Origin: Paraspadella gotoi
Taxonomy: Eukaryota; Animalia; Chaetognatha
NCBI GenBank assembly: GCA_051294375.1
Contig: CM119264.1
Location: 22,717,826 to 22,781,825 of the forward strand
Length of the DNA stretch: 64,000 nucleotides
Direction: 5' to 3'
Part shown: positions 13,111 to 24,600 of the stretch, one piece after another
Layout: every line of letters begins with the position of its first letter
How positions within the stretch are numbered: the stretch's first letter is position 1
Translations under genes and position numbers: made by a program
Notes under the pieces: generated by a model
What the model saw: only the letters and a program-made list of their open reading frames with translations
The model's database searches: none
What the model was told of the DNA's origin: nothing

Positions 13111-13710
13111 TTTAATTTTTTTATCCTGATCAGTTGCAGAAACGTTTACTTGTTTAGAAAAGTACATTTATTATTACCTAAAAACAATTTTTGCTCTATT
13201 TTCCGAATCATAAACATAAGAGGTTCATGTCAGCTGAAGGAAGAAAAATCGATTTAAATTTATGAAAATTAATTTTAAAATAGTTTTTCTACAAAGTTAA
13301 GACAAATGCAATTTATCACACAAAAAAATTTATCTAAAAAAACCCAATTATTTGGTAATTTTTTGCCCCGGGGAGTTGAAATAGTTAGTATGGCCATTGG
13401 GATTTTGTATGCAAAATCATTTAGTACGTGGTTCAGTGATTTGGTCAGAACAGATTCTTGGTCAGAAAAATGGGGAAAGTATTTTCTAATATGAAGACTT
13501 CTGTATTTTTCATAATCAAAATTACTACATAATTCATTATTGAAACAGAAATAACGATAATCCTTGCCAGAGTCTATGGATTTTTCTCTGCCTCCTTCGC
13601 GGACGTATGGTTTTGTGCGATTCACGTTGAAAACAAGTGGACTGTCGTTGGCGGCAGGATCCACAACTTCGTTCTGGTTTAACGGTTCCCATGATCCCAA
13701 AGGGGTTAAT

Positions 13711-13726
13711 GTCACGTGACTTCCGG
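13711..13726. promoter_or_regulatory. Composite E-box/CLEAR (GTCACGTGAC) plus ETS (CCGGAAGT) motif upstream of ENOX
   Basis: Perfect palindrome GTCACGTGAC overlapping ACTTCCGG, ~850 bp upstream of the putative ENOX ATG. Function is inferred only. Confidence 0.35.
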
Positions 13727-14048
13727 TCCAAGAATTGCCCCCTTGGGCACCGAAGTATCGATTTGTCATTTTTAGTCAGTTTTTCGGTCACATTAATTTA
13801 TAACTTCATTTTAATAAAAAAATCGTTAAAATTAACAATTCACGTTATCTATACAGTTTACGTGTTTACTGGAACCCATGAAACAGGAAGAATTCAAATT
13901 AAGTAAAAACAGCAGTTGTATATGAGAAAACGTATATGAGAAAACACAATTTGAATAGGCAAACGAACTTAACTCGTCTCGGCTAGGCCTATAGAATAAA
14001 TTATAAAATATCTAATATGGTGGACTAAAATCCACCAACCGTTCATCA

Positions 14049-14121
14049 GCGGCCATTGGTGCCGGAGGCAAGTCATTCGCCTCCCAACCCAAGAGGTCCC
14101 GGGTTCTAGCCCGGTGGTCGC
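14049..14121 (+). pseudogene. tRNA-Gly(CCC)-derived module of the repeat; not a functional tRNA
   Basis: Acceptor stem GCGGCCA/TGGTCGC pairs fully (one G-U). T-arm CCGGG-TTCTAG-CCCGG is B-box-like. The anticodon loop CTCCCAA is present but the anticodon stem does not pair. Confidence 0.7.
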
Positions 14122-14124
14122 CTA

Positions 14125-14198
14125 GCAGTTAACAGGGACGGGGCGCTTAACCCGCCTGCAACACGGTGTTACAGCCTGATCCGAAGCTCAGGGACTGC
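14125..14198 (+). ncRNA. Putative type-P5 twister self-cleaving ribozyme
   Basis: P5 GCAGTT/GACTGC; GA then CGGG (T1); U^AA at 14148/14149; CCC (P2); GC (T2); P3 CTGCAACA/TGTTACAG; P4 CCTGA/TCAGG with loop TCCG-AA-GC, which complements both T1 and T2. P1 and P2 are very short. Confidence 0.75.
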
Positions 14199-14424
14199 TT
14201 ATATTGAATGGTTCTGTCACTAACACATAACAATAATACTGTCTCTTCACTAAAATATATTTTCTGCAAAAAATAAAGAATGTTCGCGAAAATGAAAAAA
14301 AGAGTTAAGAATCCATTGTGGTGGTATATTCACACCGACTCACATCCACCATAGGCATAGTTCAGCCTATACCATTGGCTCAGAGGGGGAACATACCATC
14401 CCAAGTGTTACGTTCCATCCACAG

Positions 14425-14600
14425 TCTTAACGACTTGTTTCCGCGTTGGCAAAGCGAGACCGTCATAGCGTAACCGATGGGCAAAGGTTTTTGTCCTATC
14501 CACCAAAGGTTTCCACGATAAGCGGTTAACTTAAAGTTGATTCGTTGAGTTGGGCCTGGCAGTTCGCATGGAAGAGGATTCCTTGGAGTTGGACTGACGA
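14425..14600 (-). mobile_element. Degenerate CRE-clade non-LTR retrotransposon 3' fragment
   Basis: Minus strand reads PLIVETFGG*D and, frameshifted, AL.QRGNK, typical of the C-terminus of the RLE endonuclease region. Confidence 0.5.
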
Positions 14601-14949
14601 ACTGGTAAACATTGCGGTGCTATTTTGTCAAATCGCGTCCAGAAGAAAGCGACGCCTACGTTTAACTTTTTATCTGAGATTTATTACAAAAGAGCAGCTC
14701 GTCCTGAAATCAATCGGAAAAATTATAATTTTATTATAATTTATACAAATACGTTGTAAGCCATGATATAATAATAATTTGAAGAAACTCCACTCCTCGA
14801 CCTGTCGGAGAGGAAGAATACGAGGAGAAAAAGTCGTCTGGATTCCTGAGATTGGTGGCGCCGTAAATGTTTATAATTGTTTCTTAGGCCACTCGGTATC
14901 TTTTTGATATTTAAAAAGGTACCCAACTACCTTAATAACTTATTACCTG

Positions 14950-15280
14950 AATACCCAGGTTCAGCGTTAGAGGCAGCTCGTCGCAGGGAAAATGGCCCAG
15001 TCCTTGGAAGCTTGCCACGCCGAAGGGATGTTTTTTGTCCCCCTTCTAGCCGAGACCCTTGGACCCTGGGATGCCGATGCAGCCCCCCAGTCGGAAAATT
15101 GGAGTGGCACTGGCAAGGCCAACCGGACGCGAAGGGGGTGAAACCTTTCGCCATCTTTTCCAGCGCCTCGGAATTTTATTAATGAAGGGAAACGCTGCCC
15201 TCCTTAGCCGGAATCCCTCTCACCTAACCTCTCATCTAACCTGACTTCAGATGTTGACGGCGACGCCGATCACGAATGAC
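14950..15280 (+). mobile_element. Degenerate CRE-clade non-LTR retrotransposon 3' fragment
   Basis: GSALEAARRR / ACHAEGMFFVPLLAETLGPWDADA / TFRHLFQRLGILLMKGNAALL across frameshifts. Confidence 0.75.
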
Positions 15281-16254
15281 TCATGAACTCTCGAAATCAA
15301 CATCTATTAAACTTTTTCTGTGATATGTCAATTTTGTGATTCTTCTTATCTATCTTCTGTTCTATATTTTGATTGTTGATGTTTTTGTCTCTTCTTTTTC
15401 AGAAAAAAAATAAAAATAATCAAGCCATAAAGATATTGAAACAGACAATAATAATCAAACAAAGCAATAATAAAAGCCACAATATGTGCACAGAATGGTA
15501 GAGAAATAGTCCACGGCTGAGTCCACAAAAACGTCCTATTACTTGGGAAAAGAGTCCCGTTCCAGCGTAGAATCCCGAATGATCGCTCAACGAGAAATCT
15601 ACTATGAAATTAAATTCAATAGGGGCGGGGGTTTTCAAAACTTTAGTCTTGAAGTCTACTTTCAGGTAAAAAAAGAATTTTTTAAAAAAGTTCGATTTTA
15701 ATGCTTTTATTGTTGCTATCGAAATTACAATATTACTATATAATTAAAAAAAAATTTTTTAATCAATCTTAACTTTTTGATGCATTCTGATAGAGCATAA
15801 AAAGTTAAATAAAAAAATAACTACAACTTTCAAAAATTCTTATGTTTTCTTGGTGAAAATTAAGAAAAAGTAATAAAATTATCGAAAGATGGATGATGAT
15901 TATAAATAGTTTTTCATATTTTTCACCCACCTATGATCAAAATATCGAAAAAAGAATTATACTTTGTATAAAAAACTTTTTGCAAGATACATGAATCTTA
16001 TCTTAAAAATAAAAAATCCTAAAAAAATTTTTAGCTTTTCCTATTTATAAATAAATATTATTTATATTTAAAATATGGGGTATGGAGTAATATTCAAATT
16101 TTTTGTCTATTCAAATTTTTTAAAAAAATGTTTAGATTTTCGTTTGAACACGTGCGAACATTGATATCTCTCCCGACCGAGGAAAAAGAGCATCTGAGTT
16201 GTAGATGGTCGTCTGAATTTAACAAATAAAATGTTAAAATGTGGGGAAACCTCG

Positions 16255-16815
16255 ACTCTCGCTCTTTTTGCGCGGAGATACAGCGGGATACCGTCTTGGA
16301 ATCCACGCGGGACCCTGCCTTTCCGAAAACTGCGTCCGTGAGGATGACTTGGGCGACCACTCCTTGCACTGCCGCGACGAACAGGTGATAAAAGGAGGCC
16401 GAGACGACCGAATTCGGAATAAAATCCAGGCGGAGGCTAATGTTGCGGCCTCATCCCGAAAAAGGAAGCACTTGGCCTTGTCCCAGAATCTAAGTGTCGC
16501 CTAACAGATGTCTACATCGCTAACTGGATTGACGGCCGCAAAGTAGCTTTCGACGTGACTGTTGTCTCCCCAGTCCAGGAACCAATCATCTTCCAAGCAG
16601 CCACCACCGCTATCAAAATGCAGAAGTCATCCAAAATCCACCTTCTCGTTGTCGAAACCTAAAACCTAAAAGCCATCGCACATCAAAATTCGCGACGTTG
16701 GGGTAAGATAAACTCCCAGATTGTAATTTTTTCTTTCAGCGTCTGTCCGTCGATCTCCAAAGAGGAAATGCAAATCTCCTCTGAATTCGCGACCTCGAAC
16801 CGAATAACTGATAAT
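16255..16815 (+). mobile_element. Degenerate CRE-clade non-LTR retrotransposon 3' fragment (zinc knuckle plus restriction-like endonuclease)
   Basis: DDLGDHSLHC...RDDRIRNKI, DVYIANWIDGRKVAFDVTVVSP, VET and QRLSVDLQRGNA, with stops and deletions and an AT-rich tail. Confidence 0.8.
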
Positions 16816-17347
16816 TATAATATCTTTATTGGCATCTTTCTTACAATAAATAGTAACAAGTATTTTAAAAGAAACAACTAAAATTTAAAATAAAAACATT
16901 CAAAATATAATCCGTAATTTCTTTTTAAACATTAAACTTTTTTTTAACGCTTTGCGTTCAACATTGTTCTCTTTTCTTATCCTCAAAGCTAAGTTCTAAC
17001 TTAAAAATTACAACTCATGTGTTTATCGAGATTTTTCCAATAATTAATCTTTTTACTTGATTCCCCACAAAAAAATTAGCTAAAAATACTTTACAAAACT
17101 ACAAAAGTAATTAATGCTTCTTGTCACCTTTGATTGCACAAACGAAGCAGGTTATGGAGCGGAAAAATTTTTTCAAGATACCGACTCGAGTGCGTTTCAG
17201 GAGTCAGGTGGATGGGTTTGTTTGGCGATAGCTTTTTTTTGGGAGTTCAGTTCCCTCTCCCATAAACCGTGTTTACTTTCGCGAATAACCTCAAAGGGCA
17301 TGTTTACATTGGAACTCATGACTTTTAAGTTTTAAAAAATTAAAAGC

Positions 17348-20300
17348 ATGGCCTTGAAAGGAGCCGGATGGCGCCGACGAACCTCTTCGTCCAAATTCAA
17401 AAAATAAAAGAGGACGCCACCAAAGAAAGGAAAGCGAACGGCGGAAATTCCTTGACAGGAATCTCTAAAATCCCCGAAGAGTTTCTGGGTGGGAAAAAAT
17501 AATAAAAGACGCCCACCTACCGGTTGAGGAACATGACAAAGAGGAAGCCAAAGGAAAAGAAATGGGGAAAGATGAAGAAATTAAAGACGGGACTGCTGGA
17601 GATGTGGGTGACGAGGACGACGATAGCTTTGTCGATGCAAGCGAAGATGGAAGCATCCCTGATGAGGATGAGAAGGTTTGAAGATTTAAAAGATGATGGC
17701 GGAGGCGGGGGAGCTGACGCTGAGAAAAAATCAAACTCAAATAATAACGCTGACGCAGAGGAGAACGACGGAGAAGAGATGGCGCCCGTATCAAAGGAGA
17801 AGATGAAAAACAAAAAGTTGAAGACGCCGAAAGAGATCCGCGTCGTTTGGATAAAAACGACGAGATGGTGGATTCCAAACCCATCTTGTATAGCGGACGC
17901 GGGCTGGTTATTGTCACAAAAAATATACTCAAGCACCCTAGACCTAATTTCCTTTCGTTCCTAAATATGGACGATATCATGTCGTGTTTCCTGATTTTTA
18001 CATTATGCCTTGGAAGCGGTGAGTTTGATATTTATTTTGATTTTCATTTTAAAAGTGCTAAAATTAGGATTTATAACGTTATTTTTGGTCACTACTGGTT
18101 CGGATATTTAAAAAAAAGAAAAGAAAATCTGGTTAATATACGTTTACTGGTGATGGTCGAAAAAATTAGTAAAAAACTTATATTGTACTGTTATTTTCTT
18201 TCTTTTTTGTTGTGTAGTAAATATTATAGAAAGATGAAGATGAAGAGTCGAAACATGTACTTTTCTTTACGAAGTAAATCGTTGAAATAAAATTCCAAAA
18301 TTTTTTCTAGTAAAAAATTAAAATTACTAAATTGTATAATTTTCATAGACATTTTAAACAAAAATTAATACATTTTTCTGCGCTAAGTTTTGTTTTTAAA
18401 TATAACTTTTGGTCCCAACATAGCCTATTTATAAAATTTACAGGACATGAAGAATCGCTCTCATATTTTGCAAAATGTCAAATTGACGGGTGAAAAAAAC
18501 GTTCCAAACACAAAGCACAATGATTTTCTGTTTTTAAACGGTCGTGAACAACTTCATCCGAACGTGGAACCTGAAAATAGGGTCAGAATAAAATTCCTGA
18601 TGGCTTTGATATTGTTGGTATTGGTAAATTGTTGACTATTGGTAAATATTTCAGGTTCAACAAAAGCAAGTCATTCCGCCTGTTGATGAGATTCTTCGCC
18701 CACCATTTCATTCTCATCTAATTATGAAAAAAGCTGAGCAAGAAAGGGCGATTTTTCCCGTACGGCCTTCAATTAACTTCCACCATCCACGTTTAAAACA
18801 TTCTGCCGATTGTTATTCTTGCTCACCTGAATATGATGAGTGAAACTTTATCCTGATAAATTATTTTCAATTCTCAGTAGCCCTAAAATGACAATTTTAA
18901 AAAAACTAAGTAAAGAATGTTTTCAATTGAAACAGAATTTGTCTCTTAAAATTAACTTACCATGTAGGAAAGTGAATTTGACTCATAAAAGGTTTAATTA
19001 AAGTCAAGGAAAATAACCGAAATATTTGAAAGAAAAAAATACTTATTAAAAAAAATTATTACCTAATTACTCTAACCATATACCCTTTTAAACCTAACTA
19101 CCCATAACCCTAAACCACCCTTCCCTAAACCCCCTTAACCCCAGTCGACGAAAGTAAAATTAAAAAATATATATTGCAAATTTATAATATGAACAATATA
19201 AAATAAATTTATTTTGATTATTCTCAGGTAATAAAATTGTATTGTTGAAACTAACGATATTATCATTATGATAATTATGAATATTGAATAGGTTTATCTT
19301 AATACTTAGTATAGCTTTTTATTTGATAACCTATGAATGTCTCTTTAAAAGTTTTACTAGTTTATTTACATTCTAATACTCTTATTTAAAAGCAATCTAT
19401 CTTCATACTGGGAGAGTAAAATTTAATTAAAACCAGTTTGAACAAACAATGTCGGANNNNNNNNNNGAACCTCTCTCGTCCAAATTCAAAAAATAAAAGA
19501 GGACGCCACCAAAGAAAAGGAAAGCGAACGGCGGAAATTCCTTGACAGGATCTCTAAAATCCCCGAAGAGTTTCTGGGTGGAGAAAAAATAATAAAAGAC
19601 GCCCACCTACCGGTTGAGGAACATGACAAAGAGGAAGCCAAAGGAAAAGAAATGGGGAAAGATGAAGAAATTAAAGACGGGACTGCTGGAGATGTGGGTG
19701 ACGAGGACGACGATAGCTTTGTCGATGCAAGCGAAGATGGAAGCATCCCTGATGAGGATGAGAAGGTTGAAGATTTAAAAGATGATGGCGGAGGCGGGGG
19801 AGCTGACGCTGAGAAAAAATCAAACTCAAATAATAACGCTGACGCAGAGGAGAACGACGGAGAAGAGATGGCGCCCGTATCAAAGGAAGAAGATGAAAAA
19901 CAAAAAGTTGAAGACGCCGAAAGAGATCCGCGTCGTTTGGATAAAAACGACGACATGGTGGATTCCAAACCCATCTTGTATAGCGGACGCGGGGCTGGTT
20001 ATTGTCACAAAAATATACTCAAGCACCCTAGACCTAATTTGCCTTTCGTTCCTAAATATGGACGATATCATGTCGTGTTTCCTGATTTTTACATTATGCC
20101 TTGGAAGCAGGTGAGTTTGATATTTATTTTGATTTTCATTTTAAAAGTGCTAAAATTAGGATTTATAACGTTATTTTTGGTCACTACTGGTTCGGATATT
20201 TAAAAAAAATAAAGGAAAAAGGAAGAAAATCTGGTTAATATACGGTTATATGGTGTTGGTCGAAAAAATTAGTAAAAAACTTATATTGTACTGTTATTTC

Positions 20301-21677
20301 TTTTCTTTTCGTGTGTAGTAAATATTATTAAAAGAAGATGAAGAGTCGAAACATGTACTTTTCTTTACGAAGTAAATCGTTGAAATAAAATTCCAAATTT
20401 TTCTTAGTAAAAAATTAAAATTACTAAATTTGTATAATTTTCAATGGACATTTTAACAAAATTAATCATTTTTCTGCCGCTAAGTTTGTTTTTAAATATA
20501 AACTTCGACTGTGAGAATTTCTATTGATTTTGGCCAAGGAATTGGCCAGTAACAATGAAACTGGCAATAGAAGGGACACGGAGGAGATATAAAAGAGATA
20601 TTCATTGATATGTAAAAATTAAATCTTTCCGATAATCCTTTTTCCTATAAGATTACTAAAGAAAAAAAAGAAAATAGTCAAAAATTGTTGAATTGCAAAA
20701 TGAGTACAAAAGTTTGAGCATACGCGATTCACATGTACGCAGTTTGAACCAGAGTGAGGCGTCTCATTTAAAAAAAAGAGCTTCAACTGAAAAAGCGAAG
20801 CAAATAGAACGAAACAATATTTTTCAACTCGTCGACTAAGGATAAAAGTAGAACGTCGGACAAACAATCTTTTAGCTTTCCACTAATGCTGCGTAAATCA
20901 TTAATTTACAGGCATCGCCACGCCCCCGTCCTCAAAATTTTAAAGATAGAATAGAAAGAATTTCAAGGATGACTAAAGGCGCGACGAGAAAAAAAAAACT
21001 GGTCTTAACATTCTGCCCCCCCGCCCCACCCTCTTTCTCGGAAAACTAGAACTTGACCGAGACGGAACGGCACGTTGCGGCGGGACGGAAGCGGGAGCAG
21101 GCGACACGGGCCGACGCTAAGAATTAGTGACTTTCTTGAAATTACTATCAATTATGCCATTGGAAGGCCCAATGAACTTTTCGCCTTTTTTCCTCTTTTT
21201 AAATGTTTTCTCGTTCGATTCGACGGGACGAAGGCGACAAAGGTCGAACGCCTCTTCACCGTTTTTTTGAGGCTCAAAAAAATTTCGAAAATTTTTTTTA
21301 CTGTTTTGCACGAGATGTAAAGAAAGAGGACGTTGGATCTTTTTTTTTTGCAAAAGAGGGATTTGATCATAGTTTTTGGGACACGGTTTGACGAAAACGT
21401 CTAGTTAGCAATCCTCTGCTGAATTGGATTTAAACTGGCCGCCGCAGTTTTGTAGGGAGCCGAACAGCTTCAAGATCTGGGACGGGTGGCGCGACGAGGA
21501 AATATCAATGACGAGGCTTGTGTATTCTGGCGATTTTATGTTATTTAGGTACCACCGGCCGGAAGAGGAATTTAAAAAAAAACTAAATCAGAGGTATGAA
21601 TGAAGGAAGGAGAAATGAAAGGCTTCGTGTTTAGCTACCGGATTAGCATCAACAAAATAGTAAAACATTATAATTGA
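17348..21677 (+). CDS. Uncharacterised acidic (D/E/K-rich) protein; first exon present twice (17348-18018 and 19467-20110)
   Basis: Merging the two copies gives MALKGAGWRRRTSLVQIQKIKEDAT...YHVVFPDFYIMPWKQ|GTGAG. Candidate downstream exons at 20912-~20978 and ~21456-21677, ending TGA. The gene model is tentative. Confidence 0.45.
17379..20504 (+). repeat. ~1 kb near-identical direct duplication (17379-18405 vs 19467-20504) across a 10-N gap
   Basis: The copies differ mostly by 1-bp indels, and the second copy begins exactly at the gap edge. Confidence 0.9.
19060..19160 (+). repeat. Second copy of the telomere-like repeat element
   Basis: ACCTAATTACTCTAACC...CCCTAAACC...CAGTCGACGAAAGTAAAA parallels 12583-12676. 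Confidence 0.6.
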
Positions 21678-24600
21678 TATGCTAATAACCTAATTTGTGC
21701 ATGCTTTTGCGAATGTTAGGTATTTTGTGGGCGAAAATTCTTGAGTAGAGTACCGATTTTTTAAACTTTTTTTATTAAGTCGAACTAACACTAAAAACAA
21801 GTGCAAAACTATTTATTTATTTTTTACACATACGCATTCTTTAAACTTTAAATTTAGAAAATTGCATGCCCTTCGAGCTTTTGGCAGCCAAAAACTGTAC
21901 TTTTTGCGTACGCCAAAGTTTTTCCCCTTCGAAGAAGCCTCCGACCATCCGGGAAGATGACGGCAGAGGCACCCAAGCTGGTCTTGCCCGCGGGTCAGCG
22001 ACACCGAAGAGATTTTCAAACCAAATACAACAGTTTGGAGCAAGCGAGCGGATTTTGAGAATGGAAGGCATTTATTTGAAGTTCATTAATGATTTTTTAT
22101 GTGCACTTAGTTTTTTTTCTACGAGCTTTTGACGGTTTTATCCAAGAAGCAAGTGGCGACGGAAGGAATCAAATTACGCTCGGTCGATAATTGTGTTGGG
22201 TGATCATTTTCGTCGGGTTTTATTGTACTTCTGGAAAAGAGTTCGGTCGGTTTTTTTTTCTGGCTTCGTTGTTTTGTTTCAACGGGATTGACATAATCCA
22301 GAGGAATTCTGTGATGATAGTAGTAAAATAAAACAATATTTGTTAAGAAAGGAAAGAGCTTCTTTCGTTTAACCTAAAACCGAAAAGGCGTGAACGATCA
22401 GATGTGAGAAGAGTTGCATGTGGCCGAGTGACTGTCGTCCGCTCGAGACTATTTTTTTTATCGATCTGTTTTACTTTTCAAAAATATATTCTTTTTTTCT
22501 CGTTGCGACGAAACCTTTTTCGACTCTTTACCGTTCCTATTTTTTCTTTTTTTCTTTTCTTTCTTTTTTTGACAAGATCGAGGATCGGTCTCTCTCCTTC
22601 TTTTTTTTTTCTTTACTCTTTTTTTTTCGTGCCTCTCTTCTCATGCTCGTCGGGCGGCCAGCGTGCTCGGAATTCGACCCCTTTGCCCTTCCTCTTCCTT
22701 CTCTCTCTCTTTCTCCTGCCTCCTCTTGCCTCTTCCTTTCCTCGATCGCTTTAAGCGGCCTTCGGAAACCCTCGTGGGAAAGCTTTTCGACTAGATTCCC
22801 CCCGCGGCAGCGGCGAAGGCAGTCTCGGTTTGGCAACCGTGGCAGCCGCTGGCGGATTCCGCGCGCGCAGCAATAGGGCGCTAGCTTGCTGCAGCAACGA
22901 GCGCCTGCCGGCTCAAGTGACGAAGAAAAACTGTAGACCGAAACTCATCGCTTTCGTGTTTTGGGAATGGGGGCGGAGGGGGTAGTTTAACGTAAGAATG
23001 CTATTTAAGAGGGGAGCGTGTCTGCTCTTTTCTATTGGGCAGTGAAACCCTTACCCAGCTGATTCCACTTCAGTGCTTGTACGCCAATATCGAATGGGTA
23101 GTAGGAATTAGATTTTTCTTTAATATGAGGATAAAGCACGGAATTGGGTTTCTTAAGAATATGGAACCAACATGAACCAAACATTCATATTTAAATTCTA
23201 TTATAAATGACTACGCGGTATAATATTACACGAGATAAAAGGATTTTTATTCCTTTCCCACTCGCCTTGAGAGTGAGAGAGAGAGAGAAGATAGAAGAGG
23301 TGAGTCACACGAAATTCCGAACCCGACCCGTGATCTCCTCGTTCTCACAACCGCAAATCTCACGGAGCGAAGCCTCAGCAGTCAGTGCATGTGATTCGCG
23401 TACTCAGCCCGATTTTGTTTTAGAGGGCGAATCCTTTATGTTACTGCCTTTGGTTCCACATCCCTCGTATCTCGTCTGTATACGGACTTCTACTGTTAAA
23501 AATAGGAAAAGGTAATGGGAACCTCTAGCGCGTTATCAGTTGAAATGCTGTCACAGGCCAATCACGCAGTCTGTTATGCGCCCTCATTTTCAAACTCTTT
23601 TTCTTTCTCTTCGTCTCTCGGACGTTTTCTCTTCTTTTAGCTGTTGAGTTCCCGAACAAAAATTGGACGAGGATCCCCCCCCAACTACTCAACTTTCCGC
23701 TCTCGTCCAGCCTCCCCACAATTTAACAAAGGCCACGGACGGACAAACTGTCACATTAAACTTCTCGATGTTTCAGACAGCGCGATAAATAATTACAATC
23801 AGCAGTTGAAATTCTCTAAGGAATAGAACATTGTACATGTTAATAAGTTCACTAATAGATAAATCCCTAAATAATGACCAAATACGTGTGAGTGTCTCGT
23901 TGACAAGGTAAAAAAATAGAAGACTTTTTAAGTAAGAGTTTGTTTTACCTCTATATTTAATGATTTACAATTGTAGATTTTGCCAGAGAGGAGAGAGAGA
24001 GAGAAGAGAAATCAGAGAGGAGAGAGAAGAGAGGAGAGAATTGGAAAGCGTAATGGTTGCTAATTTCCGAGTTTCAACTCCGGTTTTCGGCGTTGTTAAA
24101 ATGTAAAAAGGGCGGGGCAAACCAGAGGCACCAAATCCAAACTACAACGACCCGTGTCTCCTATAACTAAGCTTCGAATAGTCCTAAATTTGCCCCAATT
24201 TGATAAATTTTGTAAAGCAGACAGTTATTAAAACAGATATGAATGGTTACAAAGTCATATTTTTGTTATTTTTATTTATGTCTGTTTAATGGCATATCAT
24301 TGTAAGGAAAATACGGTTTCACTTGTGGTGAACGGCTCTGATTTCTGCCTGCGCATGATATTTATCACCATTTTGTTCGTACTTTCTTTCTTTGTCATTT
24401 TGTATGAAATATATCCTGGATAAATCTTGCTTAGCCATTACTTTCATACCTGTCATCTCTATTAAACTTACCTTTAAAGTTTATAAACCCCCCAAATTTA
24501 AATATGAATAAAAGAGTAATCTTCCAGGCAAAGTTAAGACGAAATGTGCGAAAATTTGAATTTTGGGCGTTGGAACGCGTTATCGAGGAGAAGTGCCTCA

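Larger units (their letters stand above)
14016..14249 (+). mobile_element. tRNA-like/twister repeat, copy 2 (best preserved); SINE- or retrozyme-like
   Basis: 5' hairpin TGGTGGA/TCCACCA, tRNA-like 14049-14121, twister fold 14125-14198, 3' end TGTCTCTTCA. Possible target-site duplication TAAAATAT (14004, 14251). Confidence 0.85.

Noticed and set aside
13275-13769. 164-aa standalone ORF
   Set aside because: Its 3' half appears to run through repeat-like AT-rich sequence. Only 13567-13769 might be an ENOX first exon, and that would need an unverified GC donor.
14049-14121. Functional tRNA-Gly(CCC) gene
   Set aside because: The anticodon stem cannot pair (TTCGC vs CCCAA), the T-loop is aberrant, there is no oligo-T terminator, and it lies inside a repeat.
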